This document shows, piece by piece, positions 38,415-51,225 of a DNA stretch of 64,000 nucleotides (positions are counted from its first letter, which is position 1; each line of letters begins with the position of its first letter). Source of the stretch: Minisyncoccota bacterium (GTDB lineage: Bacteria; Patescibacteriota; Minisyncoccia; Phycocordibacterales; UBA9973); assembly GCA_041648595.1 (NCBI GenBank), contig JBAZOQ010000002.1, forward strand, positions 10,446 to 74,445, written 5' to 3'. Both the position numbers and the translations under genes were made by a program. The notes below the pieces were generated by a model that was not told the DNA's origin, did no database searches, and was given only the letters and a program-made list of their open reading frames with translations.

Positions 38415-38536
38415 TAAAAAAATATATCACAAAAAAAGCTTTTCTGCTATATGGATTACCATATAGCAATGGCACTCAGACATCAAATAAATAAACAAAT
38501 TTGTTTGTGCTCCTCGTTTTTTGCTATAATAAAAAC

Positions 38537-38632
38537 ATGAAAAAAATCGAATGGATTTTAATTATCTTAATAATTCTATTTGCAATATTAGGCCTTTATT
38601 TAGGGTGGCTAGATAATGGTCCTAGTTTTTAA
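38537..38632 (+). CDS. Candidate 31-aa single-TM micropeptide (MKKIEWILIILIILFAILGLYLGWLDNGPSF)
   Basis: Not in the ORF track because it is too short. Preceded by TTGCTATAAT (-10) at about 38520. Speculative. Confidence 0.25.
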   Translation: MKKIEWILIILIILFAILGLYLGWLDNGPSF

Positions 38633-40122
38633 TCTAATTCATTTAGGTGTTTCCAAATAGCATACATAGCATATGTATCAAGTTTACAGTAAGTCTTTAA
38701 ATGCTCAATCTTCTCTAGTGCTTCTTCTTTTGTATAAAAACCACTAACAATTTTATTCCATGCATCTGAAGCTGTAGCTCCTTCTTGTATGTCAAGAACT
38801 TTATAAGACAATTCTGGAGCAATCACTGGCAATATATATTTAATAGAAGTTTTACCCTTAAATTTTGGATGAATATAATATTGTTCAGAAAAAATATCCA
38901 TAAGGTCAATCATTCTAGAATTTATATTTTCTAGAGCTATTTTATATTCAGGATTTCTTTTTGCAAGATCCTTGTTTCTTCCCATTTCAAAACTCTTATT
39001 CCAAACAATAATAGACCCACTACTAGGTAATTTTTCTATAAGAGCTAAAATAAATTCTTCATCTGGATTTTTATTCTTAGTAAAAATAAATTCAGAATGT
39101 TTTGGTTCACTATTTTTATCTGAAAGTAAGTGCAAGGAAAATTGAAAAGTTATCTGATTATAGGGACTGAAACCAGTAAATCTTGGAATTCCTGCTGCAA
39201 AAGTTTCATAATCCAAGAAAGACAGAGGCATAATCATAATATCTAAAAAACTTTTAATTTCTTCTTTTTTTATAAATATTTTATTCAATTGTGTCGCTAT
39301 GACTTGATTTTTTTGTTTATCACTTAATGGGAAATCTTCTGGTACATCTTCAATAAGAAAAATACTACTATCAATCAATTCTTCCAATTTCTTTTTTGAC
39401 ATTCCAATACGAGAAATATCATGAACACTATAATCAGGTATGTGTGGATTTGAATAAGAAAAAGTAGTGCAATGAGAACTTCTACCACGAATAACACATT
39501 TACAAGGACCAAAAGGCTCTTTTTCCTCTGCTAAAAATTTTTGTGCAACTTTCATTTCTTCTTCAACTATGGGAATAATCCCAAAAACTCTTTCTGTAAA
39601 ATCTTCTTTCAAAAAAAGTTGATTTATATCAAGCTCAACACCCCTTACATATTCGTTATTAAATCTTACAAGAAATAATTTACCCATTGGTACATTTAAT
39701 TTTTTCAACACCAAATATTGAAAAGCTATATCATAACTATAAAGTTTATCTTTTGCCCCTTTGTCTTCCCCACTATTAGAGGCTTTGACTTCATATAAAT
39801 CATAAACCTGAGAATTTGAATTCCACACTAAAATATCACATATAGTTTTATATAAATCTGTTTCAAATACTGGTTGATAAATCACAGACGTTTTAGCTTT
39901 TATAAGTTTTTCTGTTTCTTCCATAGCGTCACCATCATCAACTAAAATACCATTTGGAAATAAATCTCGAGCAAGAATATCAACTTCATTACCTGTTTCT
40001 ATTATTCCTTGATCAAAAGCAGATAATGGTTCGGCAAAATAAATATCCGGCTTGTGTATCTTCAGCCAAGCATTCTTTGCACAGTCTTTCCATATGAGAA
40101 AATCAGTTTTGGTTAATTTCAT
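38629..40122 (-). CDS. DUF2779-like dual-nuclease protein (N-terminal PD-(D/E)xK, C-terminal DnaQ/RNase-H-like)
   Basis: YDLYEVK (D..E.K) motif N-terminally. LDYETFAAGIP exonuclease motif I C-terminally. 4-bp overlap with the upstream ATPase gene. Confidence 0.55.
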   Translation of the reverse strand: MKLTKTDFLIWKDCAKNAWLKIHKPDIYFAEPLSAFDQGIIETGNEVDILARDLFPNGILVDDGDAMEETEKLIKAKTSVIYQPVFETDLYKTICDILVWNSNSQVYDLYEVKASNSGEDKGAKDKLYSYDIAFQYLVLKKLNVPMGKLFLVRFNNEYVRGVELDINQLFLKEDFTERVFGIIPIVEEEMKVAQKFLAEEKEPFGPCKCVIRGRSSHCTTFSYSNPHIPDYSVHDISRIGMSKKKLEELIDSSIFLIEDVPEDFPLSDKQKNQVIATQLNKIFIKKEEIKSFLDIMIMPLSFLDYETFAAGIPRFTGFSPYNQITFQFSLHLLSDKNSEPKHSEFIFTKNKNPDEEFILALIEKLPSSGSIIVWNKSFEMGRNKDLAKRNPEYKIALENINSRMIDLMDIFSEQYYIHPKFKGKTSIKYILPVIAPELSYKVLDIQEGATASDAWNKIVSGFYTKEEALEKIEHLKTYCKLDTYAMYAIWKHLNELD

Positions 40123-41264
40123 ACAGTATTTATTTTTAATAAATCTTTTATGGCATCATCAAGTTTTTCAATTAATTCGATTTTTGTTTTCCTGTCTTCG
40201 GTTTTTATTGGATGAGCTATATTATGCCTAAGACGACTAACATAAGAAAGCTTCCATTTTATTGTATTATCATTACTATATTCTGTTTTATTTGATATTT
40301 TTGATAAAATAAATTTTTCAAAAACCTCTCCTTCTAATTTTGAATTATCTTTAACAAATTGATACAATTCGAGAAAATATGTTTTACTTGGTAATCTAAA
40401 AACCAAATAATTTATTTCTGATGAAGATTTGTAGGGCAAAGATCTTTCTTCTAAAATTTCTTTTACTTTTGTAGCATTATCCGTACCAGACCTATCAACC
40501 CTATAAATCTTAAAATCTTTTCCTAAATCAATAAAGTATGGATCATGTGTTGTGATAATCACCTTAATCTTTTCATTACTGTTTTCTACAAGGTCAATTA
40601 AGGAATTAAATAAGGTTTCTTTTAATTTGGGATGCAAATAAATTTCTGGTTCTTCAAACACTATATAAGTTAATTTGTTAGAAAACTTTTCCCCTTTTTT
40701 ACTACCTAAATATTTTAATAAAGAAGCTATAATTAATCTTTGTGTTCCTTGACCAACCTCTGACAATTTAATTCCCTCCTTATTAGAATAACAATCCTTG
40801 GTTGTTAAGGAATCAATCAACTTTTTTGCATAAACATCTTTTATTGCCTTTATATAATCATCATTTGTAATTGTATTAATTTTTGTTTTTGCTAAAAGTT
40901 CTGTTTTTTCAACACTAAATTTAGAAAATTCTAATGGCAATAGCTTATCAATATCTTTAACCGCGCTTGTTATGTATTCATCCTTGAAATCAACCTCAAG
41001 TAGCTCTCTTATTGCTAATCTAAATGGGTCTCCTTCAGCTCCAGTTTTAATTTCTACATCAGGCAAAACTCTTTCTGCCGGAATATTTATGACATTAATA
41101 TTGTCCTTCTCTAACTCTTCAATAATAACCTTAATAAGATTTGTTTTTCCTGCATTGTTTTCTCCAGCAAATATAGTAAATAATCCAAGCTCCAATTCTC
41201 CTATATCTTCAGTAAGACTACTGTCCTTTCTTTTTTTTATTGTAATTTTTAAATTTTTTATCAT
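40119..41264 (-). CDS. ABC-type (AAA_15/AAA_21, OLD/PtuA-like) ATPase with a C-terminal Rx4-6H (HEPN-like) motif
   Basis: Walker A GENNAGKTN, signature-like LSEVGQGTQRL, Walker B/D-loop IVFEEPEIYLHP, H-loop TTHD, and C-terminal RLRHNIAHP. Confidence 0.6.
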   Translation of the reverse strand: MIKNLKITIKKRKDSSLTEDIGELELGLFTIFAGENNAGKTNLIKVIIEELEKDNINVINIPAERVLPDVEIKTGAEGDPFRLAIRELLEVDFKDEYITSAVKDIDKLLPLEFSKFSVEKTELLAKTKINTITNDDYIKAIKDVYAKKLIDSLTTKDCYSNKEGIKLSEVGQGTQRLIIASLLKYLGSKKGEKFSNKLTYIVFEEPEIYLHPKLKETLFNSLIDLVENSNEKIKVIITTHDPYFIDLGKDFKIYRVDRSGTDNATKVKEILEERSLPYKSSSEINYLVFRLPSKTYFLELYQFVKDNSKLEGEVFEKFILSKISNKTEYSNDNTIKWKLSYVSRLRHNIAHPIKTEDRKTKIELIEKLDDAIKDLLKINTV

Positions 41265-41277
41265 ATTATTTATTTAA

Positions 41278-42060
41278 TTAATTTAAAAATTTTAAAAACT
41301 CATCAAAACACAAAGCACTCATTATATACTGGTCGGGTTTTAATTCATGCAAACTTCTATATAGAGTTGAAGATGCAACCCATGGAACCCCGTCAACTAA
41401 ACCAACTTTTATAACTTTTAGAATCTTTCTTTCTTTCACTAAATTCTTAACTTCTCTAACACTTTTATCTTGTGTTCCTCCAGGGCTACTAACGAATTTT
41501 GACTCTCCTATTATATAAACATTTTTTACTTTTATAACAAAATCTAACCCCTTTTTTCTATCATAATTTAGGTATTTTTTTGCAAAATCTTTCAATTTTT
41601 TATCTCCTCCCTCAAGAGACACAATCCCATTGTTAATTTTCAAAAATTTATCTTCTGGTAAAACTTTATACTGCTTATGAATCCAATGTGAAAAATAATG
41701 ACCAAATTTTCTAGAGGCAGATTTTGGTCTATTTATACCTTCTATTATTCCATCAACGCCGAGCGTTTCCAGCCTTTTAAAAATTCTTTTTACTGTTTTG
41801 GGATTTCTAGATAAAGCTTCTTCAAAATGTCTAATAAATCCTATATAAGGATCATCAAAAGGGAATCTTTTTAACTTAATAAGATAAGATATCAACTCTT
41901 TTGGTTTATGCACATTCAGTAATTTTCTAATTTCTTTTATAGAGTTTTCATCGATTCTGTTTTCTCCACCAGTCTGATTAATAGGATAAATTTCCGAAAT
42001 TTTATCGAGATATCCTTGTTTTTTTGCTATTTCAAAACTTTTTTCTGTCCAAATATTCAT
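41278..42060 (-). CDS. Putative type II restriction endonuclease (PD-(D/E)xK)
   Basis: GLDFVIKVKNVYIIGESKF gives D...ExK spacing. Overlaps the methyltransferase gene stop. Confidence 0.5.
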   Translation of the reverse strand: MNIWTEKSFEIAKKQGYLDKISEIYPINQTGGENRIDENSIKEIRKLLNVHKPKELISYLIKLKRFPFDDPYIGFIRHFEEALSRNPKTVKRIFKRLETLGVDGIIEGINRPKSASRKFGHYFSHWIHKQYKVLPEDKFLKINNGIVSLEGGDKKLKDFAKKYLNYDRKKGLDFVIKVKNVYIIGESKFVSSPGGTQDKSVREVKNLVKERKILKVIKVGLVDGVPWVASSTLYRSLHELKPDQYIMSALCFDEFLKFLN

Positions 42061-42062
42061 AT

Positions 42063-43238
42063 TTAAAAGTTAAATGCTGGTTGATTACTGATTGATTTAT
42101 CAATCTTAGTAGAATAAATATAATTTAGCAACTTATAGGTAAAATCAAAACTTATTCTTTTTCTATTATTATCTCTAAAATTTGTTAAAAACAATGATAA
42201 ATGTTTTTCTCTTGCTTCTTGTAATTCTTCATTGAAAAGTTTGATTAATTTTAATTGTTCTTCTATTGGTAAAGGTCTTTTAAACATAAGGTAAGCCATA
42301 TTTCTAGAAGTTTCCTTACCTATCAACCCAAAAACATTATATTTTCTAATATCCTCTAACTGTATTTTTTTACCATTTTTACTATCTATGGCTCTAAGAA
42401 AAATTACATTACTTTTTATGGCATCTTTTAAGGTACTATTTAATCTGTGTTCCTCTATATCTTTTATATTATTGAATGCTAAACGTATACTTGCTGGACC
42501 GTTCTTTAAATCTTTTACAGTTAAACGATATATACCTAATATATTTTTCGCCGAATTAATTTTAGAAATAAACTCACCACCTAGTTGCCATCCATAATTT
42601 TTATTTAACTCTATTTTAACTTTATGGTCATTTGGAAAAATATGAGCATCAAAAACCATCTTATCTTCTTTTTTTTCTTTCTTTTTATAATGAAAAGAAA
42701 TAACATTGTAAGTTGTATCATCAAAAACTTGTTCAGTAAAAATATTAAGCTTTGTTATTTTAAACTTGTCAAAGAAAATTTCTCTAATTTTTTCAGAATT
42801 TTCAGCTGATAAAAAATTAAGTGGAACAACAACAATTCCTTCATTGCTTTTACTGATTGCTTTAAGAGAAACTTGATATAAATCTTCAAAGATAGAATTG
42901 CTCCCAGAGAAACATAAGCTTTTAGTTTTTGAATCAGCTTTATTTTTATGTAAATAGGGTGGGTTTGTAATTACAAAATCATATTCTCTAGGGTTATTTA
43001 AACTATCATTGAAAAAAACTTCTTTTTTATCAACTAATTGTTTATCAACATCAAAACCAATAACAGACTTTGTTTCATGCTTTTTTGCCCATTTCATTAA
43101 ATCTTGAGAACCAGCAAAAGGATCAGTAATATTTTTACCTTTTATAAATTTTTCAAAACCTTGTAAAATATAGTCAGAATTAGTTGTAAAAAATTGTCCA
43201 AGCTGTTTTTTCTGCATGTATTTAATTATACCATACAA
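42063..43238 (-). CDS. N6-adenine DNA methyltransferase (gamma-class, Eco57I/TaqI-like)
   Basis: GQFFT motif X, DPFAGSQ motif I and NPPY motif IV. Confidence 0.85.
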   Translation of the reverse strand: MYGIIKYMQKKQLGQFFTTNSDYILQGFEKFIKGKNITDPFAGSQDLMKWAKKHETKSVIGFDVDKQLVDKKEVFFNDSLNNPREYDFVITNPPYLHKNKADSKTKSLCFSGSNSIFEDLYQVSLKAISKSNEGIVVVPLNFLSAENSEKIREIFFDKFKITKLNIFTEQVFDDTTYNVISFHYKKKEKKEDKMVFDAHIFPNDHKVKIELNKNYGWQLGGEFISKINSAKNILGIYRLTVKDLKNGPASIRLAFNNIKDIEEHRLNSTLKDAIKSNVIFLRAIDSKNGKKIQLEDIRKYNVFGLIGKETSRNMAYLMFKRPLPIEEQLKLIKLFNEELQEAREKHLSLFLTNFRDNNRKRISFDFTYKLLNYIYSTKIDKSISNQPAFNF

Positions 43239-43245
43239 TAACTAA

Positions 43246-43641
43246 TTATTCTGTTGTTACTCCATCAAATTCTGGACCATTTTCTGCCTCAATTTTTGTA
43301 GCTTTGATTATTTGATCTTTATGGTGGGCTGGAGAATAAATAGTATAGAGCTTCAAATCATCTGTACTAGATGTATTAATTATATTATGTTCTGCTCCTG
43401 CTGGAACTACAATAACTGACCCATCAGCAAGTTCATATGAATTACCATCAATAATACATTGACCTTGTCCTTTTTCAAAACGAAAAAATTGATCATTATC
43501 AGAATGAATTTCCATTCCTATATCTTCATTTGGCTTCAAACTCATTAAAACTAATTGACTATGTTTTCCTGTATATAAAACTTTACGAAAATTTGTATTC
43601 TCTATTGCTTCTTTTTCTATATTTGTATTGAATCCTTTCAT
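43246..43641 (-). CDS. Cupin-domain protein
   Basis: GMEIHSDNDQFFRFEKGQGQ...VVPAGAEHN, the two-His cupin_2 motifs. Confidence 0.7.
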   Translation of the reverse strand: MKGFNTNIEKEAIENTNFRKVLYTGKHSQLVLMSLKPNEDIGMEIHSDNDQFFRFEKGQGQCIIDGNSYELADGSVIVVPAGAEHNIINTSSTDDLKLYTIYSPAHHKDQIIKATKIEAENGPEFDGVTTE

Positions 43642-43733
43642 GTTAATATACTTCTAATAATTAATAAAAAAAACCGACTTATTGTAAGTTTAACATATTT
43701 AAAAATATAATACTTTAAAAGTATAATTTATAT

Positions 43734-44654
43734 TTAAATTTTTTTAGGAAATATAATTGAAAGAATGATCGATAAACAAAGAGCACACATTATAACTCCA
43801 AACGAAATCAAGGAAGATATGTGTAAACCAAATATTCCAGAAAACATTTTTAAGCCAATAAACAATAAAATAACTGCTAAACCTTTTTGTAGATGATGAA
43901 AACGATGCAATATGTTTTCAATTAAGAAAAATAACGCTCGTAACCCCATAATCGCAAAAATATTAGAAGTAAATACAATAAATAAATTCTGCGAGATAGC
44001 AAATACTGCTGGAATAGAATCAACAGCAAAAATAATATCCGTTGTTTCTACCATTAAAACGATCATAAATAATGAAGTAAAATAAAATTTACCATTCTCC
44101 CTAAAAAAGAATTTACCGTTATGGTGATTATTAGTGAAGGGTAAAATTTTATGAGCAAATTTTATAATTTTATTATTATTAAAATCTATATGTTCTTCTT
44201 TTTTATCATATAATAATTTAATACCCGTATAAACAAGTATTACTCCAAAAACATATAATATCCAATAAAACTGATGAATCAAATACGATCCTGCTCCTAT
44301 AAAAACTCCTCGGAAAATTATAGCCCCTAAAATACCCCAAAATAAAGCTCTATGATGATATTTTTCTTCTAGTTTAAAAAAACTAAAAATCAACATTATA
44401 ACAAACAAGTTATCTACAGATAACATCTTCTCTGTAACATACGCACTAATAAACTCAGCAGCTAATTCTTTGCTCATATACAAAGAAATTAAAAAACTAA
44501 AAACCAACGCTATCACAACCCAAAATAAAGATTGATAAAATGCTGGTTTAAATTCTACTTTATGATTTCTCCTATTAAAATACCCAAGATCTAATACTAG
44601 AAATCCTACAATAATAACACAAAATAAAATAATCAGATTTGTCTGTGCATCCAT
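43734..44654 (-). CDS. TerC-family integral membrane protein
   Basis: SVDNLFVIMLIF and DSIPAVFAI motifs, about 9 TM helices. Confidence 0.8.
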   Translation of the reverse strand: MDAQTNLIILFCVIIVGFLVLDLGYFNRRNHKVEFKPAFYQSLFWVVIALVFSFLISLYMSKELAAEFISAYVTEKMLSVDNLFVIMLIFSFFKLEEKYHHRALFWGILGAIIFRGVFIGAGSYLIHQFYWILYVFGVILVYTGIKLLYDKKEEHIDFNNNKIIKFAHKILPFTNNHHNGKFFFRENGKFYFTSLFMIVLMVETTDIIFAVDSIPAVFAISQNLFIVFTSNIFAIMGLRALFFLIENILHRFHHLQKGLAVILLFIGLKMFSGIFGLHISSLISFGVIMCALCLSIILSIIFPKKI

Positions 44655-44680
44655 GAAAATATATTTTTATATTAATTATT

Positions 44681-45178
44681 CTATTTAAATAAAGTATGTT
44701 TTTGAATAAAAGATGTATTCTCCCACCATTTACCTAAACCTAAATACTGACTAGAGTTTGTTAAAATAAGAACTATTATTATCAATATATACACTATATG
44801 TTCATCTATAAATGGATTATTTGCTGGAAATATTCCAATTGCCGTATACATAAGAAACAACATTACTATTCCAGAAAGACCACCCAGTTTCATAAAAACA
44901 CCAAAAACAAGTGAAATACCAACAAAAAGTAAACCTAGCATAAACAACCAATCTACTAATTGAGATCCAGCAATACTTTGAAAAAATGTAGCGAAAGGAC
45001 CATGAACACCAAATTTCAAAAATCCAGTTGTTGGAGAACCACCAGATACCCATGCACCTTCCGGTGTAGTAGCAAAACCAAGTCCATATAATTTATCTAC
45101 AAATACCCAAAGAAAAATCCAACCCATTATTATTCTTAATAATCCTAAAAAATATTGCACTTTATTATTTTGTTCCAT
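44681..45178 (-). CDS. DoxX-family membrane protein
   Basis: LLRIIMGWIFLWVFVDKL...GPFATFFQSIAG pattern of the DoxX/DoxD family. Confidence 0.6.
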   Translation of the reverse strand: MEQNNKVQYFLGLLRIIMGWIFLWVFVDKLYGLGFATTPEGAWVSGGSPTTGFLKFGVHGPFATFFQSIAGSQLVDWLFMLGLLFVGISLVFGVFMKLGGLSGIVMLFLMYTAIGIFPANNPFIDEHIVYILIIIVLILTNSSQYLGLGKWWENTSFIQKHTLFK

Positions 45179-45256
45179 AAGATAATTTTAGCACAAATAA
45201 AAAACATATGTTATATGGTTTCCTTTTTTGTTTAAATAAGGTAGATTAAAGAATAT

Positions 45257-45343
45257 GGAGGCGTCGCATAGCGGTCTAGTGCACCATCTTGGAAAGGTGG
45301 CAGGCTCGAAAGGGTCTCGAGAGTTCAAATCTCTCCGCCTCCG
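45257..45343 (+). tRNA. tRNA-Ser (anticodon GGA), type II with a long variable arm
   Basis: Acceptor GGAGGCG/CGCCTCC. Anticodon stem CCATC/GGTGG with loop TTGGAAA. 18-nt variable arm. T-arm GAGAG-TTCAAAT-CTCTC. Discriminator G. No encoded CCA. Confidence 0.85.
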
Positions 45344-45347
45344 CAGA

Positions 45348-45869
45348 TTAAATTTTAACTAGTGCTTGTTTAGGATAATTTAGTGAAAAGAACTCTTTTG
45401 AAACAACCCACTTATTTATCAATGGACTTAAAGTAAGTGCAAAACCGATATTTCCCGCTAAATGTAATGCGGTAAAAGGAATTTGCATAACTAATGCATT
45501 TAATATAGTCTGTCCAAATATTGGAGCAAATAAAACTCCAGTGACTAAATCAAAAATTATCGTTGCAAAAAATGAAAATAAAGCAAAATGAAATATTGAT
45601 GTTTTAAATTTATTAAAATAAATTGAAGAAAATGCTCCAATTATTCCATAAGTAATTCCAACTATCCAAGTCCAAGACCCAAAATTAGTAAAAACATCAA
45701 ATAAAAAAATACTAAGAAAACCGAAAAGAAAACCGAAAAAAATTCCATATTTACGCCCCAAAGGCATAATAGAAGCCATTATTGGCTCTACATTAGGAGC
45801 TCTTAGTGGAATTAACCTAAATAAAAGACATCCGGTAAATATAATGACTATTTTAAATTTATCTTTCAT
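45348..45869 (-). CDS. Hypothetical polytopic membrane protein
   Basis: Five or six TM helices. Start taken at the ATG of MKDKFKI, because the track start at 45887 lies inside the repeat element. Confidence 0.45.
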   Translation of the reverse strand: MKDKFKIVIIFTGCLLFRLIPLRAPNVEPIMASIMPLGRKYGIFFGFLFGFLSIFLFDVFTNFGSWTWIVGITYGIIGAFSSIYFNKFKTSIFHFALFSFFATIIFDLVTGVLFAPIFGQTILNALVMQIPFTALHLAGNIGFALTLSPLINKWVVSKEFFSLNYPKQALVKI

Positions 45870-45944
45870 CCCGTTAGAAATTTCCATAAAATTCTTATTT
45901 TCTTCAAATTAAACTAATAAACTTGTATCCTATTATTTCTAACG
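45870..45944. mobile_element. Start-codon-associated element, copy b (terminal inverted repeats CCCGTTAGAAAT / ATTTCTAACGGG)
   Basis: Flanked by a TTCAT direct repeat (45865-45869 and 45945-45949). The left end abuts the gene ATG. Confidence 0.65.
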
Positions 45945-45958
45945 GGATTCATGAAGTT

Positions 45959-48554
<2,596 letters not shown>

Positions 48555-48570
<16 letters not shown>

Positions 48571-49097
48571 TTAAATAAATTCTCAGAAAAAACAATACGT
48601 TGCGTTCCAGACCTTTGTATCCATTCAACCTCTGAATAAATTTTTAATTCTCCATCTCCAACTACGTCTGTCCAAATTTTACGTGTAAAACCAGAATCCT
48701 CACCACTTGAAGTGGTATTATAATTTCCATTATCTAAATAAATTTTACAAACACTAGGATTAGAAGTACATTTAGAAATGACAATCGGATTAGTCGTACT
48801 AAAACCACATTCATTACCTAAATTACATGGATTAAATTCTATTTTAAATTTATCCCAATCCTTACCAGATCCTAAGGTACTATATAAAACATAAGTATCT
48901 CGCATATTTCTAATATATTCAATTCCCTCTTGAGCTAAATATCCAGCCAATATTTTCTTTTTAACATTATTTATATCTGAAATTCCATTACCTAAAACAG
49001 ACATCAAAAGAATAATAGATACCGTAAAAATAGAAATAGCAACAAGTGTCTCTATCAAAGTAAACCCGCTTGAAATTTTTTTACATATTTTTTTCAT
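48555..49097 (-). CDS. Minor type IV pilin (prepilin-type N-terminal cleavage/methylation domain)
   Basis: SSGFTLIETLVAISIF. Confidence 0.75.
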
Positions 49098-49098
49098 A

Positions 49099-49761
49099 TT
49101 ATGGTGTCGTTGGTATATAAATATCTATTAATCTTTGTGATACTGAAGTTTGCAAAGAGAAAGGTGTAATTAAATTATTCCGTGATCTAATTTCTCCAAC
49201 TAATTTAATTGTTACAAAAGGTTGTTGCTGGTCTCCTACTCCCTCTACTTCTGGTGCCTCTGCACCAGTTATTACAAAACTACTCTTTACTCCATCTATT
49301 ATTACTTCTTCGGAATTTAATTTCACAAAACTTCGTACACCATCTACACTATCTGTGGACTTACTAATATTAAAAATACCACCACCATCCTCGGAATCAA
49401 TTTTATATACCCATTGATCTCTATAATCATTTGGATTACCATTTGCATATTCAAATGCAATTCCCCAACAACTCTGACCACTTTTTGCTTTTACTATGTT
49501 TAAATCAGATAAATCATCAATAGAATTAATACAACGATAATTATAACCAGTTCTTATGTTTTTAGACATATCCTCCATAATAAAACTTAAATTATCCATA
49601 ATAGAGCGCATATCTTGAGACTTCGTATGAACAACATTAGCATTTAAAAGAGCATCCATACCAACTGCTATAATTATCAAAAAAATTGAAACAGCTATCA
49701 TGGTTTCTATTATTGTATATCCCCTTATATTAATATTTTTTTGTAATTTTAATTTATACAT
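49099..49761 (-). CDS. Minor type IV pilin
   Basis: MYKLKLQKNINIRGYTIIETMIAVSIF. Confidence 0.75.
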   Translation of the reverse strand: MYKLKLQKNINIRGYTIIETMIAVSIFLIIIAVGMDALLNANVVHTKSQDMRSIMDNLSFIMEDMSKNIRTGYNYRCINSIDDLSDLNIVKAKSGQSCWGIAFEYANGNPNDYRDQWVYKIDSEDGGGIFNISKSTDSVDGVRSFVKLNSEEVIIDGVKSSFVITGAEAPEVEGVGDQQQPFVTIKLVGEIRSRNNLITPFSLQTSVSQRLIDIYIPTTP

Positions 49762-49762
49762 A

Positions 49763-50413
49763 TTATTCTATTTGAACTCTACCAGAAGGATAAACTCTTA
49801 TATGTGCTGTGAAAGGATTTGAGCCAGAAGAAGATACAGTAATTCTCGCATATTCAAAACTACTACAAAAAGAATATCCACTTGAATCACTAATAAAAGC
49901 ACTGGAATCTGGTCGTTTAAAAACAATACTTAAATCATCTACCTCCCCACAACCAAAAGCTTCTAATTTAGTTATACTGTTGTTTTTAGTAATTCTAATA
50001 TGATCTAAAATTGAATCTGAAGAAAGCTTATTATAATAATTATTAATATTGTCAAAACTAGTGAAATAAATAATTTCTTTATTAAATGTCACAGCTGGAG
50101 AAATACTAGTATCTAAATCTGTAGATGATGAATTAAAATAAAGTCCATAAGAAGGTTTCCATTGATTATTAGCTGCAAGAATATTTTGTTGATCAACAGT
50201 AGGCAATTCACCAGACAATGCTGCTTTTTGTACTTCAATTATTTTAGAAGCAATATCATTTGCCAAAATTTTTATATCTACCTTTGCTTGAAAATCACCA
50301 TAATTAAAAAGAACAACAGAAGTTAATACAGAGAAAATACTTAAAACTACAATAAGTTCTACATAAGTCATTCCCCTATTTAGCTTATAACTTTTAGCCT
50401 TTAGCTTATACAT
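49763..50413 (-). CDS. Minor type IV pilin
   Basis: MYKLKAKSYKLNRGMTYVELIVVLSIF. The leader is encoded by AGCTTAT-type heptamer repeats. Confidence 0.75.
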   Translation of the reverse strand: MYKLKAKSYKLNRGMTYVELIVVLSIFSVLTSVVLFNYGDFQAKVDIKILANDIASKIIEVQKAALSGELPTVDQQNILAANNQWKPSYGLYFNSSSTDLDTSISPAVTFNKEIIYFTSFDNINNYYNKLSSDSILDHIRITKNNSITKLEAFGCGEVDDLSIVFKRPDSSAFISDSSGYSFCSSFEYARITVSSSGSNPFTAHIRVYPSGRVQIE

Positions 50414-50418
50414 AATTT

Positions 50419-51210
50419 CTAGAAACCAACTGGAAAGAGGCTTAATTCAAAAAGGAAAGCAATGATTACTCCCAAAACCAAAAATGGAGCAAACGGAATT
50501 TCACTTTTTATTCCATGTTTTTTAGAAAAAACAATGAGAACAAGCCCAACTATTGCACCTGACCAAAAAGCTACAACAGCTCCAGAGAGAATCCCAATAA
50601 AACCAAGAAGCCATCCGAGACCTAATGCGAGTTTCGCATCTCCAAGCCCCATCCAAGTACCTTTAGAGATAAGCCACAAAAGAGCAAAAGGTAATGCCAA
50701 CAACAATCCAGATAAAAGTTCTAAAACTATTGGAATATGAGGATAAAATAAATAATTAGAAAAGAAGAATATGCCAATGAAAGCCAAAATACCAAAAATT
50801 AAAGATAGCGAGTCCGGAATTGTTTTATGTTTAAAATCATATACTGCTATAACTAAAAGAAGAGAAAACATCGTAGCATAAAAGGCATAAGAAATAGAGA
50901 AACCAAAAGTATCAAGATAAAAAATATCTTGAAATTTTAAAAATATTCCTGCAAAAATTAATCCAGAAATAAATTCAACTATAGGGTATTGAATTGATAT
51001 TTTTGCTTTACAAGCCAAACATCTACCCTTAAGACCCAAGAAACTAAATAAAGGTATAAGCTCATACCAACAAAGTATTTTACGACAAGTCATACATCCA
51101 CTTCTTCCACCAAAAGAACGTCCAGTATTAAATCTAAAAATTACAACATTCAAAAAACTCCCAATAATAAGTCCTAAAATAAAAAATATAATTGTAATAA
51201 AAAATGTCAT
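50419..51210 (-). CDS. pilD: Prepilin peptidase (A24 family)
   Basis: CxxC...CxxC zinc site and polytopic membrane topology with conserved Asp residues. Confidence 0.85.
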   Translation of the reverse strand: MTFFITIIFFILGLIIGSFLNVVIFRFNTGRSFGGRSGCMTCRKILCWYELIPLFSFLGLKGRCLACKAKISIQYPIVEFISGLIFAGIFLKFQDIFYLDTFGFSISYAFYATMFSLLLVIAVYDFKHKTIPDSLSLIFGILAFIGIFFFSNYLFYPHIPIVLELLSGLLLALPFALLWLISKGTWMGLGDAKLALGLGWLLGFIGILSGAVVAFWSGAIVGLVLIVFSKKHGIKSEIPFAPFLVLGVIIAFLFELSLFPVGF

Positions 51211-51225
51211 AAAATTTTTTTATTA

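Noticed and set aside
38415-38536. T-box leader upstream of pheS
   Set aside because: The gap is only ~120 nt with a single short palindrome, too short for a T-box riboswitch. No specifier/antiterminator architecture recognisable.
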